From the IMG/VR virus record IMGVR_UViG_3300042868_003000: DNA of 64,000 nt; one strand, given 5' to 3'. Shown here piece after piece: positions 35,139 through 44,853 of the stretch. Source of the DNA: an uncultured virus (IMG/VR IMGVR_UViG_3300042868_003000) (lineage: Duplodnaviria; Heunggongvirae; Uroviricota; Caudoviricetes). Position numbers and translations under genes: made by a program. The notes under the pieces were generated by a model. It ran no database searches, was not told where the DNA came from, and was given only the letters and a program-made list of their open reading frames with translations. The stretch's first letter is position 1. Each line of letters opens with the position of its first letter.

Positions 35139-35210
35139 TCAAATGTACCATAAAAAGTTGTTGACAAGGGGCTTGACATGTGTTATAGTCCTCGGTGTTC
35201 CCCTATGATG

Positions 35211-35561
35211 TTAATGTATTAAGGATTTACCAATTTCCTTTTCTTCGAAAGCAGCTAGTACCTCATCGTTGAGTTCCACTTCTCTTTCTTTCCTCTCAGA
35301 GTCTTTCAACTTAATGATAGCTGATGAATAATATTCTTCAAAATCATCGGTTGGTTCCATTGTGCATAGTATGTTATCTATACCAACCTCAACAGACTCA
35401 CCTTTCATTACGAACACCGGTAACCAGTGTTGTAACATAAGATTTGTTCCTCTGAGCTCGAACAACATGGGATTGTCAATCACCACTTTGTTATCTTTTT
35501 CAAAAATGCAGTCACAGATTACATCTAGACCGTCTTTAAATCGTAAAATTTTAACTGCCAT
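35211..35561 (-). CDS. Hypothetical Sm-like protein
   Basis: ILRFKDGLDVIC...NPM...WLP; typical neighbour of uvsW and 55. Confidence 0.6.
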   Translation of the reverse strand: MAVKILRFKDGLDVICDCIFEKDNKVVIDNPMLFELRGTNLMLQHWLPVFVMKGESVEVGIDNILCTMEPTDDFEEYYSSAIIKLKDSERKEREVELNDEVLAAFEEKEIGKSLIH

Positions 35562-37044
35562 TTTTTAGTCCTATATTGTAAATTTTAAAAGAGAACTGTT
35601 CTTCATTATATATCTTCACTCTTTCAACGAAATGTTGCAGAGTAAAGTTTGTGTGTTTTTTGATTCTAAGGTCGTCTGCAATATCATAAAGAGTTGCAAC
35701 CTCTTTGCCATCAGATTGCCTTAGACCACGGCCAATAGACTGTAGATTCCTAACCCTAGACTTAGATGGTGATGTGAATATAATGTTGTGCAGATTTCTA
35801 ATGTTTGTACCAGTACTTGTTGTACCAAACGATGCCAGAAAAATTGCATCATTTTCTAATTCCATAATTCTACGTATTTCTTCTCTGACTTCTGTTTCAA
35901 CGTCACCATCAACAAAAAATACCTTACGACCAACGGCCTTTTCTTTAATCATTTCGTACAGTATTTTACCGTGTTTCTTCATTTGAAACAACACTAATGT
36001 ATTTTTGGTTAAACTTACTGCCAAATTACGGATGAAACGATTACGGTTTTCAGATTCTATTAAGTACTTCAGTTCATCTGGATAAGACTTGTCTTTCATT
36101 TGTTGACAAATCTCCTCAGAGTGTTTTAGTACCAAACACTTTATGTTAAAAGATGATAGTTGTTTTTTGTCAATCAACTCTTTGGTTGTTACAACTTTTT
36201 TAGTTGGTCCAAATAAACCTTCTAGTACCAACTTATGTGTCTTTGTTCCATCCAGAGTTCCAGTAAGACCAATACGATACTTGGCATTGACACATGATGT
36301 TAATATGGAAGTCAAAGACTGTGCTTTGAATAGATGGGCTTCGTCACCAATGACGTAATCAAATTGATGAAAGTATTCTGGCGGCATCTTGTAAAGTGAT
36401 TGCCATGTGGAGATTGTTATTGCTTTGTCTGTTGTTTTTTCTTTACCTTGGTAGATTCTGTGTACGTGCATGTAGTTTTTAAAACCAGATTCACTTGCAT
36501 AATCTCCAAAATCTCCATACAACTGTTCAACCAATGAGGTGGTTGGCACAATAATAAGACCTTTTAGATTTTGATAATCTAACAACTGGCGACAAATCAA
36601 ATAGATGATTAGTGACTTGCCCGATGCGGTTGGTGACAACAACAAGGTTCTACGTTTTTGTATTGCTTCGATGAACGCATTTTGTTGATGTTCTCTGACA
36701 CCAATTGGTTTGCCTTGTGAATGTAGATTCAAAGTATCAAAGAATTTATGTGCATGATATACAGAATATTCATCTTCAATTAGGTCATGTGAGTAGGCAT
36801 ATTCACGTTCATCACAAAATTCTGTAAGATATGGAACTAGTCCAAGATATAATTGACTGGTCTGTAGATTGAATAGACGAATCTTACCATCCCAAATGCG
36901 ATTCCGATAGGCTGGAACGAACTGATAACCGGGTACAAAGAATGTGAAGTACTCTGATAGTTCCCGTGCAACGTGGCGTTCGCATTCCACTTTGCCGTAA
37001 ACCTCGTTTACTTTGGTTATTGTGATGTGTTCACTTATTTCCAT
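35551..37044 (-). CDS. uvsW: SF2 helicase UvsW
   Basis: WDGKIRLF, SPTASGKS, GDEAH, GLTGT, QSIGRGLR. Confidence 0.95.
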   Translation of the reverse strand: MEISEHITITKVNEVYGKVECERHVARELSEYFTFFVPGYQFVPAYRNRIWDGKIRLFNLQTSQLYLGLVPYLTEFCDEREYAYSHDLIEDEYSVYHAHKFFDTLNLHSQGKPIGVREHQQNAFIEAIQKRRTLLLSPTASGKSLIIYLICRQLLDYQNLKGLIIVPTTSLVEQLYGDFGDYASESGFKNYMHVHRIYQGKEKTTDKAITISTWQSLYKMPPEYFHQFDYVIGDEAHLFKAQSLTSILTSCVNAKYRIGLTGTLDGTKTHKLVLEGLFGPTKKVVTTKELIDKKQLSSFNIKCLVLKHSEEICQQMKDKSYPDELKYLIESENRNRFIRNLAVSLTKNTLVLFQMKKHGKILYEMIKEKAVGRKVFFVDGDVETEVREEIRRIMELENDAIFLASFGTTSTGTNIRNLHNIIFTSPSKSRVRNLQSIGRGLRQSDGKEVATLYDIADDLRIKKHTNFTLQHFVERVKIYNEEQFSFKIYNIGLKNGS

Positions 37045-37219
37045 ATTTTTTTCTATAATCTAGTTCTTCTTGAAACCACATAACCAAACTTCTCTGCTCA
37101 TAGTTTCCTGGTTTGGTTGCCCATGCCAAGTAAGAATCCGGTAAGTCTTTGATATACCTACCTTTATGTTTACCCCAAGGCATTTTAGTATATCTTCTGG
37201 ATATATGGTCTTTGTTCAT
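37031..37219 (-). CDS. Small MPWGKHKG-motif protein (DUF3820-like)
   Basis: MPWGKHKG..IKDLP.SYL.W; ATGA coupling to uvsY. Confidence 0.7.
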   Translation of the reverse strand: MNKDHISRRYTKMPWGKHKGRYIKDLPDSYLAWATKPGNYEQRSLVMWFQEELDYRKKYGNK

Positions 37220-37650
37220 TGGCCACCTATAAATTTTTCCCAGGATATAAAATCTCTTAACTGCCACGTTCTTTGCTTAAGTTCGGCCATAATTGATTCA
37301 ACCACGGATGTAACTTCCTCATGGTATACTTTCTTTTCAAGTAACTTGATGAGGTCTTTATCTGCTTCTAGGTAGGTGTTGATATCCGATTTGAGTGCAA
37401 ATTGAAATGGATCCCAACCATATTGTTCCAATTCTTCTTCGGACATTTTGCCAGTAAAATATTCCCATTTGACCTTACGCATACGTAGATAATCAAAGTG
37501 GGCTTTTTTGGACGCAATCTTATGCTTGGTTAAAATACCAAGATACTTGCTGTGATATTTGGGAATGTTTAATAATTCTTTAGACGGCTCGGTTTGGTCT
37601 ATAACCGCATCGCTTTCCCACATCTTTAAAATTTGTTCAAGTGTTTCCAT
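37216..37650 (-). CDS. uvsY: Recombination mediator UvsY
   Basis: W..D..ID...IPKYHSKYL, EYFTGK, R.WQL...I.W..F. Confidence 0.9.
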   Translation of the reverse strand: METLEQILKMWESDAVIDQTEPSKELLNIPKYHSKYLGILTKHKIASKKAHFDYLRMRKVKWEYFTGKMSEEELEQYGWDPFQFALKSDINTYLEADKDLIKLLEKKVYHEEVTSVVESIMAELKQRTWQLRDFISWEKFIGGQ

Positions 37651-37723
37651 ATCTATTCATCTATCTATTCAAATAACAAAATCTCTTTCAAAATCAACAA
37701 CTTAATGTTGTTTTATCTATTCA
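37651..37723. repeat. Four short direct repeats ATCT(A/CT)TTCA in the uvsY leader
   Basis: ATCTATTCA at 37651, 37663 and 37715; ATCTCTTTCA at 37681. Confidence 0.6.
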
Positions 37724-37727
37724 AAAC

Positions 37728-37756
37728 ATTATAACACAAAATGATTACACTGTCAA
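37728..37756 (-). promoter_or_regulatory. Sigma70 promoter of uvsY
   Basis: TTGACA-17-TATAAT. Confidence 0.85.
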
Positions 37757-38257
37757 GTAGGTATACGATTGATATCTAAATGTTGCCGTTGCGGTCAATA
37801 TTGTATCCGCAGATTGTGTGGTGTCAAATCTAATATCACTAATACTCAAAGGAAATAAATTGGTGTAGTGTATTCTAAGTAAAGGATTGTTTAGTCCACT
37901 TAGAATACTTAATGTGGCATCTGAGAAATGTTTATTGGTTTGCAACTCTCTACTACCACCACGTTCTTCAAATCCATCTGGATCAGCCATTGTCAAAAAC
38001 CAATCATATAGATTTTTCCATCCTTGTAGTTCTTCATCCAATATGAATTCTACAACCAATGGATCGTATGATAATTTGGTACCAGGTGAATACATGTCCA
38101 AGAACGGTGTTGTTCGGCTCACTTCACCCAAAGACACGCCAGGAAGATTAACAGTTTGGCAGAAATATTGTGTTGTTCTAATTCTATCAAACGTTAATAA
38201 AAACTTCGTTGACTGTAATAGGTTTGTGTTCTCAGGACTTCTGTTTATTGCTGTCAT
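37745..38257 (-). CDS. 3: Tail completion/tube terminator gp3-like
   Basis: YFCQ.VNLPG.SLG, F.LDE, FP.S.S...F; position after gene 23. Confidence 0.8.
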   Translation of the reverse strand: MTAINRSPENTNLLQSTKFLLTFDRIRTTQYFCQTVNLPGVSLGEVSRTTPFLDMYSPGTKLSYDPLVVEFILDEELQGWKNLYDWFLTMADPDGFEERGGSRELQTNKHFSDATLSILSGLNNPLLRIHYTNLFPLSISDIRFDTTQSADTILTATATFRYQSYTYLTV

Positions 38258-38286
38258 TTTATCTCCTCTATCAGTATTTAGGAGCC

Positions 38287-38315
38287 AAAAAAAAGACCAC
38301 CCGAAGGTGGTCTTT
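38287..38315 (-). terminator. Intrinsic terminator after gene 23
   Basis: AAAGACCACC-TTCG-GGTGGTC followed by a T run; UUCG tetraloop. Confidence 0.9.
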
Positions 38316-38343
38316 AAAGTGTCACTCTGCGGTGACTCTGGTC

Positions 38344-39690
38344 TTACATCAAGTTTTTAACTTGGAAGATACGGTAGTAAACGTTTGAACGTGCGTTCAA
38401 TGCGCCATTGCCACTTGTCAAACCAGTTGCGAATGGGTTTGCAACCATGCCGTAACGTGTTTTGAAACCAATCTTTGGTTGGAATGTGTACTGGTCAATT
38501 GCACGAACCATTTGCAACGGTACGTATGGGCAATAGAAAATACCAGCGTCATAAGGAGAAGAACCCTTATAACCGATTGTCACCAATTCTTGGTTAGATG
38601 TGTAACCACCGAAGTATGGGTCAATATAGACCTTGATACGACCGTGTAACATACCAGCAAATGTATTGCCTGTGTCATCAACTTGTAGGTCAGCGTTTAG
38701 GTTAGGTGTGTATTGCAACACGCCAGCCATAGCCATAGCAGAAGCAACATCAGATGATACAATCATCACGTTGCCTTTACCTCTACGAGTTTGTTTTGCA
38801 ATAACGTTAGCATCACGTTCGATTTGGAAAATCAAACCTTTGAAACGTTCAACAGACCAACGACCGTTAGAGTCTGTGTCCAAGTCGAAAGAACCAGGAG
38901 TTGTAGTACCATACTGAGCGCCTGCAACAGCACATGTGTAGATAGTACGGATAACTTCACGGTTGATTTCAGCAAGAATCTCAGTAGAAAGAATGTTGCT
39001 CAATTCTGTTTCAGCATCCAAACCATGGATTGCTTTCAAGTCTTGTGCAAGTTCTAGTGAGTATTCAGCTTTCAATGCACGGCTTTGTGCAGTAACAGTA
39101 ACTTTCTCAATTGAGAATGCCATTTGTTTGAAAGGACTATCTGTGTCGGCACCTAGTGCTTCAGCAGTTGCTGTTGAAAATGCAATACCAGTTGTGTAGT
39201 GGTTAGCAGTCAAATCTGCAACAGGGTTTGTGCGGATATCTGTTGCGTTGTTACCACGGAATCCGTATGGATTAGAAGTAGACAATGCACCAGAGAACTC
39301 TGTGTTTGCTTCGTTGAAGAACGCTTCGTTTGCGTTGTTTGGTGAACCAGATTGTGTGTCGTAACGAGCACGCATCGCAAAGATTAGACCAGTAGGTCCA
39401 GTCATTGGTTGAACGCCTGCAACATCATAAGCAATCAAGTTAGGCAATGCACGGCGAACCAAACTAATCAAGATTGGGTCGTAGTTAGAAATGCCAGAAC
39501 CTGTAACGTTTGTTGGTGCAGAAGACACAGCAGTTTCATTCAACTGTTGTGATGCTGCAGCCATTTCACGTTGTTGGTTTTCCAAAACAAGTGCTGTAAC
39601 AGCTTTCTTGTATGGGTCTTTGATGGACTCTAGGCCTTCGTGTTCAAGGACTGGTGCCCATTTCTTTTGTAGTTCTTCGGTTAGATACAT
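38344..39690 (-). CDS. 23: Major capsid protein gp23
   Basis: GVQPMTGPTGLIFAMR, SRALKAEYS.ELAQDLKAIHGLDAE, YCPYVPL, FKTRYG. Confidence 0.98.
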   Translation of the reverse strand: MYLTEELQKKWAPVLEHEGLESIKDPYKKAVTALVLENQQREMAAASQQLNETAVSSAPTNVTGSGISNYDPILISLVRRALPNLIAYDVAGVQPMTGPTGLIFAMRARYDTQSGSPNNANEAFFNEANTEFSGALSTSNPYGFRGNNATDIRTNPVADLTANHYTTGIAFSTATAEALGADTDSPFKQMAFSIEKVTVTAQSRALKAEYSLELAQDLKAIHGLDAETELSNILSTEILAEINREVIRTIYTCAVAGAQYGTTTPGSFDLDTDSNGRWSVERFKGLIFQIERDANVIAKQTRRGKGNVMIVSSDVASAMAMAGVLQYTPNLNADLQVDDTGNTFAGMLHGRIKVYIDPYFGGYTSNQELVTIGYKGSSPYDAGIFYCPYVPLQMVRAIDQYTFQPKIGFKTRYGMVANPFATGLTSGNGALNARSNVYYRIFQVKNLM

Positions 39691-39731
39691 TAATGTTCTC
39701 CTTATTAGTATCTTTTATTGGTAAAGTTTAT

Positions 39732-40991
39732 TTATTTAGCCAATGATTTAGAGATGATTTGTGCGTACTGAGCGATTGCAGGATCAGCAGATGCCACTGG
39801 CTTCTTCTCATCCTCAACTTCTACAGCTTCGTGTAGAGCAGAACTAACTGGTGCTTTAACTGTTTGTTGGAAGTATGAATCTACCAAGGTTTCTAGTTTG
39901 CGACCAAATTCTTCTTCAGTAGTAAACTCAACAGTCTCTGCGAGTGATTTTAGTTTTTCTACTTGTGTCTGCGTCAGGCCTTCACATACTGTATGTATAG
40001 CCTCTGTCTTTTTAAATTCGTTAATTTGTTTCTTCATTTCAACGTTACGTGAAATTTCTTCGTTGACTGAAGTTTCCAATTGTTCAACCTTTGTTGTCAA
40101 TTCTTCCACAACATCCACTTTTTCTTCTGGAATGTCAATGTAGTGTTCTTCGAATAGACCTTTTAGACCACGGATGAAATCTTCAACGATTTCAGAACGT
40201 AGACCTTTTTCGATTGCCAATTGGTTTTCTTTGAACCATTCTTCAGCCATGTAGTTGATGTAGTCATCCAACTTCTTAGCCAAATCTTCTTTAACTGATT
40301 CAACAGCCACTTCAAATTCTTCGTACAATGCTTCTTCAACTTCTTCCATGATGGATTGTGAACGAGCAATAACGGCAGATTCAAAAATTGTGGTTGCTTT
40401 TGTCTTGAATTCTTCTGAAAGGTCTTCACCTGAAAGCAATGCACCTACGTCTTGGTCCATTTGTTCTTTCATTTTTTGTTTCTTCATCATAGACTTAATC
40501 ATTTTTTTATCTTCTGCTGCATCTTCGTGACCTTCTTTTTCTTCTGCAACAACTTCTTCTGCTTCTACTTTTTCTTCAGCATAAGATTGGAATGTTGCAC
40601 CTGGATTTGCTTGCATCATTTGTGGTGCAAGTTTAGCTTTGATACGGTCACGAATTGCGTTGTAATCAGTTGCTGCAGCTTGAACAGCTTTGTGTTCAGA
40701 ACCTTGTGAGTCAGCAGGACCGGACAACTTCTGACCAGGTTCTGAACCAACTGGTGGTGTTGCGCCTGGTGGTGTTGCTGTTGGTGTACCTTTTGTGTAG
40801 TCACCAGTTTGGTCATCTTGTTTTTTGATTTCGCCAGCAACTTCGCCAACATCTTTTGTGCCATAAGCAACAGATGTAGGTAACTTTGAAGGTGCGTCTT
40901 TGTGGCCACGACTTACAGATGCATCAAAAGTTTCTTTGGCACCTTCTGTAAGAATTGATTTAGCGGCGTCTGTCAGATTAAATTTTCCCAT
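39732..40991 (-). CDS. 22: Prohead core scaffold gp22
   Basis: LSEEFK.KA.TIFE, YL/IN Y..EEW..EN..A, F..GLK.LF.EHYI. Confidence 0.92.
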   Translation of the reverse strand: MGKFNLTDAAKSILTEGAKETFDASVSRGHKDAPSKLPTSVAYGTKDVGEVAGEIKKQDDQTGDYTKGTPTATPPGATPPVGSEPGQKLSGPADSQGSEHKAVQAAATDYNAIRDRIKAKLAPQMMQANPGATFQSYAEEKVEAEEVVAEEKEGHEDAAEDKKMIKSMMKKQKMKEQMDQDVGALLSGEDLSEEFKTKATTIFESAVIARSQSIMEEVEEALYEEFEVAVESVKEDLAKKLDDYINYMAEEWFKENQLAIEKGLRSEIVEDFIRGLKGLFEEHYIDIPEEKVDVVEELTTKVEQLETSVNEEISRNVEMKKQINEFKKTEAIHTVCEGLTQTQVEKLKSLAETVEFTTEEEFGRKLETLVDSYFQQTVKAPVSSALHEAVEVEDEKKPVASADPAIAQYAQIISKSLAK

Positions 40992-41019
40992 TTTGAGAAT
41001 CTCCTTGATTTATATTGGA

Positions 41020-41027
41020 TATTTATA
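41020..41027 (-). promoter_or_regulatory. T4-type late promoter
   Basis: TATAAATA upstream of gene 22. Confidence 0.8.
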
Positions 41028-41028
41028 T

Positions 41029-41673
41029 TTAAAGTTTTTTAAGGAAGTTTTCAAAGATTTTTAAACTTACAGTTTCAATCTCTTTGCGTGATGCTTGCTT
41101 AATCTCTTGTTTAGCTTCATCGTAATGTTGTTCGGTCCAAACACCGTTAACCAACATCCACTCCTTACCTTCCATAATACCTTGTACAAAAGCACCAGGT
41201 GCAGAAGGATCTGCTACAATATCTGCCGCTGTGGCCAGATGAAAGTCTCCTTGAACGACATTGATGCCGTTTTCCATTTTAAGAGAACCCATACCTCTAG
41301 ATGACACACCAAGTTGTGCGCCGCCTTCGATAAGGTTTCTTGCAATGTTACCCATAGGGGTTTCAAGAATTTTTGCTTTGCCTATCCAAGCATTTCCTTC
41401 TTGACGCAGACCAACAATTAAGTGTGATACACGGTCAAGATTAATGGATGGGGTGTCTGGATGTCCCAGTTCACCAAAGGCACGATTTTTTTGAATGTAT
41501 TCTTCGTTATAACGGTTAACTTCATTACGCATTGTTTCTTCTCTATACATGCGTTTATTTTTGTTAACCGATTCTGCAACTAGAAACGGACCTTCAATGA
41601 AAAGAGTTTTCTTTCCATCTTTTTCTTCCGTTAAGTATTGTACCGATTCGGTAAGTTCTCTAATGAGTTTCAT
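41029..41673 (-). CDS. 21: Prohead protease gp21
   Basis: GELGHP, GVSSRGMGS, DIVADPSAP.AFV. Confidence 0.95.
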   Translation of the reverse strand: MKLIRELTESVQYLTEEKDGKKTLFIEGPFLVAESVNKNKRMYREETMRNEVNRYNEEYIQKNRAFGELGHPDTPSINLDRVSHLIVGLRQEGNAWIGKAKILETPMGNIARNLIEGGAQLGVSSRGMGSLKMENGINVVQGDFHLATAADIVADPSAPGAFVQGIMEGKEWMLVNGVWTEQHYDEAKQEIKQASRKEIETVSLKIFENFLKKL

Positions 41674-41681
41674 TTTAATCC

Positions 41682-42203
41682 TTATGGTCTTATGCCGTAA
41701 CTACCGTAGTTAAATGCAGCTGGATCGTTAAACTGACCACGTTGATAGTGTTCGTTGTCTTTACGTAATTCTAATATTAATGTATATGAATTGTTTGCGA
41801 CCATGCCTCTAGTTTGAATACCTATATCACCTTTGGAGTTTGCTGTTCCTTTTGTGTTGTTTGGTATTGTTACCCAGTTACCTTGGCCATCAAACTCACT
41901 ATTACCATTCAATATGAATATCGGTGCGGTAGTATCGGCGTGCCAAAATAAATTAACATCACCATTATTAGGACCTGAATACCATAAACGATTCAGAGCT
42001 AAACCATAGTAAGATAGTGCGCCTGTATTTGCGGTCGATGAAAGTAAATTTCCTTTTGAACTATCTAATGCACCATACAATGAGTTAGCTGTAATTCTTC
42101 TGTTGTTGTCTTCTTGACCAGTACCATCAAACTTGCCTGTTAACTTAATAACGGCATGTTCTGTTGTGTCTTTAATGACTTGATATGAAAATGAATTTGC
42201 CAT
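41682..42203 (-). CDS. Hypothetical, probably virion-associated, protein
   Basis: 173 aa inside the head cluster; TATAAATA at 42231-42238 upstream. Confidence 0.65.
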   Translation of the reverse strand: MANSFSYQVIKDTTEHAVIKLTGKFDGTGQEDNNRRITANSLYGALDSSKGNLLSSTANTGALSYYGLALNRLWYSGPNNGDVNLFWHADTTAPIFILNGNSEFDGQGNWVTIPNNTKGTANSKGDIGIQTRGMVANNSYTLILELRKDNEHYQRGQFNDPAAFNYGSYGIRP

Positions 42204-42250
42204 TTGAAATCCCTGTTATTGTTTGAATAATATTTATACCAGTGTCAAAA

Positions 42251-42463
42251 TTATTCAGTTTCGGTTGTTGCAGGTTCATCTGCATGTGCAACCTCATCTT
42301 CAGCAGTTGCATCATCTGGATTCATTAATTGTTTTGCAACTTCTACCTTGTGTGTTTCAATATGAGCTTTAACTCTATCGTGTAGTGCAGAATATAATGC
42401 ATTACGCATTTCGATTGCGTTATCTGTTTCTGCGTAGTCTACTATTTCTCTTGCTTTATCCAT
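42251..42463 (-). CDS. Small acidic prohead core protein (gp67-like position)
   Basis: 70 aa directly after the portal gene; acidic C-terminus. Confidence 0.6.
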   Translation of the reverse strand: MDKAREIVDYAETDNAIEMRNALYSALHDRVKAHIETHKVEVAKQLMNPDDATAEDEVAHADEPATTETE

Positions 42464-42476
42464 TGTTATCTCCTAA

Positions 42477-44222
42477 TTATAAAATGCGTTTCAATCTGGT
42501 AAATGTTGTTTCAACTTCTTCTAAGCTGAGGTCACCTTTAACCGATTTCGAACCACTGGAACTTTTTGGTTTACTACTTGATGATGAACTACCACCACCA
42601 GAACTGGAACCACCAGCTGGTGCAGGATCAGGCATCAATTGTGCCTGTTGTACCATTTGGTCGGTTTGGACTTGTCCTAACATCTGTTGTTGTGCAACAT
42701 CATTTGTTACAGCAACAGGCAATCCAAGACCCATTTCTTTTTCTGTTTCAATTTCTTTATCCATATCTGTAATCTCATCATCTGTTAGACGCAACACATT
42801 TTGTTGAATCCATTTTTGTGAGAAATAACGACCAGTGTATGGATCAACCGATTGTAACAACGTTAATCTTTGTGACATTAATTCCGCTTCTTTTAATTCG
42901 GAGAAATTATTATCTTTAATGAAGTCATAATGAATATCTTCTTTAAACAATTCCCATTCTTCATCTGTACAAATGCCTTTCAGTACACACTGTACACGTA
43001 AGGCTTGATTGAATACTTCGGAAAATTTACTTCTTAATCTGTCTACAAATTTAGAGAATTTTAATTCATCTCTAGTAATCTCTGATGAACGACCAAGTGA
43101 GAATCCTTGGTTAGGTTCTAACCTAGAGATTGGAACACACAACGCACCATAGAGTTTCTTCTGGAAGTATTTAACGTCTTCCAACTCGCCTAGGTTCTGT
43201 CCACCTGGTAGTGTAGTAATCTCTGTACCTTTGCCACCTTCTCGGCGTGGTAACCAGAAATCTTCCATCATGGACATAAACTTGCGGTCATCACGTACTT
43301 CACCTGTATTGGCATCATAGACAAGTTTATTTTTATACTTGACCATAATATCACGCATGTATTGTTCGGCCTTTAATTTTGGTAAATTGCCAACGTCAAT
43401 GTAAAAGATACGGCGTTCTGGTGCTCTTGAGATACGGTAGATAACTGTTGCATCCTCTATCATACGTAATTGATTAAGAGGTTTAATTGCTTTATGTAGA
43501 TAACTCAGAACAACCGCACGGCGGGAGTCCATAAGACCCGATACCACCGAAATAATAGAGTCTGTTGTAATGCGAACACCAACAGGACCAAAATTGGATG
43601 CACTACCACTAACAACTTTGTCGTTGTATATGTAGTACTCATTCACTGGTTGCATAACATCTGCACCAGTTCTTTCATCTTTTTGTTTCTTCATCTCACG
43701 AACCTTACGTAATCTACGTGGGTCGATGTAACGAAGTTCTTTGATACCTTCTTGTGGTTTCTCACGGTCAATAATGATGTGATAGTACATTCTACCATCA
43801 ACATAGTAACGGCGGAAGATATCTTGTGCCATGTTCTGATAACTCAACATACGCAAAACGGTATTGAATTCTTCTTTAATGGCCTTTTTAATTTTGTCGG
43901 CAACTTTTAAATCATCTAAAATAATTTGTGTTATTTTGCCATCATCATCTTGAACAATAGCCTCATTAACTATATCATCTATCGCAGATTCAATTTCAGG
44001 TTGCATAGCCATTTCACGGTAACGAGAGATTAGTTCTACTTCATTCTTTGCGGTACCGTCAAGGTCAACATAAGTGCCGTAGTAAGCGGCAGATGTAATA
44101 GTTAATGCCCCATCGTCTTGCGTTGGTGGTGCAAATGATTGTTGTGCGGTAGAATCTTCCTCATCCTTTTGGCGAGAAATTGTAAAACCGAACAGTGAAA
44201 ATTTATTTGTGTTGTTTGCCAT
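42477..44222 (-). CDS. 20: Portal protein gp20
   Basis: RAPERRIFYIDVGNLPK.KAEQY, EDFWLPRREGGKGTEITTLPG. Confidence 0.97.
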   Translation of the reverse strand: MANNTNKFSLFGFTISRQKDEEDSTAQQSFAPPTQDDGALTITSAAYYGTYVDLDGTAKNEVELISRYREMAMQPEIESAIDDIVNEAIVQDDDGKITQIILDDLKVADKIKKAIKEEFNTVLRMLSYQNMAQDIFRRYYVDGRMYYHIIIDREKPQEGIKELRYIDPRRLRKVREMKKQKDERTGADVMQPVNEYYIYNDKVVSGSASNFGPVGVRITTDSIISVVSGLMDSRRAVVLSYLHKAIKPLNQLRMIEDATVIYRISRAPERRIFYIDVGNLPKLKAEQYMRDIMVKYKNKLVYDANTGEVRDDRKFMSMMEDFWLPRREGGKGTEITTLPGGQNLGELEDVKYFQKKLYGALCVPISRLEPNQGFSLGRSSEITRDELKFSKFVDRLRSKFSEVFNQALRVQCVLKGICTDEEWELFKEDIHYDFIKDNNFSELKEAELMSQRLTLLQSVDPYTGRYFSQKWIQQNVLRLTDDEITDMDKEIETEKEMGLGLPVAVTNDVAQQQMLGQVQTDQMVQQAQLMPDPAPAGGSSSGGGSSSSSSKPKSSSGSKSVKGDLSLEEVETTFTRLKRIL

Positions 44223-44285
44223 AGTTTGTGTGTAATTATAAAATCAAAAAAACATGGGAGACCCTATTGGGCCTCCCGTTATATA

Positions 44286-44828
44286 TCAAGATGTTGTGTC
44301 TGTTTCCCAGAATTGGTAAGCAAACGTACATGTAAATTCTTCAATTGCGTCATTTGAACCCCAATCAAGGTCGATTGGTGCCAAATCTAATGGAAATAAA
44401 CCAACGAAATTATATTTCTTCAATTCGTTGCCTGTTTTACCATATTGAATAACGTTTGCATCAACAGAATAACCATTAGAATTTCTTGCTGCACCGCTTC
44501 TTACGTTACCTGAGTGACTATTGATAGAGTTCATCCAGTTTTCTAAAGAATTTCTGATTGCAAAATCTTCATCGTTAATGATTGTCAATGTCCAGTCAGC
44601 AAAAGTTCTGTTACCTGGAAATTTCATCTCACGTCCAAAGTAAAATACTGGAACTGTACCAATTGAAGAACCTGGTAGTTGTGCTGTTTTGGCCATAAAG
44701 GTTAGTTTCTGACCAGCAGCTGTTGAGTTTGTTACGTTTGATGGAAATATTAAAGAGACAGAGAATAAATTAGGACGTGCTCCGTCTCCAATCATATTAG
44801 CTCTGAATTCTGATACATTAAATGCCAT
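44286..44828 (-). CDS. 19: Tail tube protein gp19
   Basis: GARPNLF, LPGS.IG, FPGNRTF.DW..T..NDEDF. Confidence 0.95.
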   Translation of the reverse strand: MAFNVSEFRANMIGDGARPNLFSVSLIFPSNVTNSTAAGQKLTFMAKTAQLPGSSIGTVPVFYFGREMKFPGNRTFADWTLTIINDEDFAIRNSLENWMNSINSHSGNVRSGAARNSNGYSVDANVIQYGKTGNELKKYNFVGLFPLDLAPIDLDWGSNDAIEEFTCTFAYQFWETDTTS

Positions 44829-44853
44829 TGTTTTCTCCTATATCGTTTATTTA

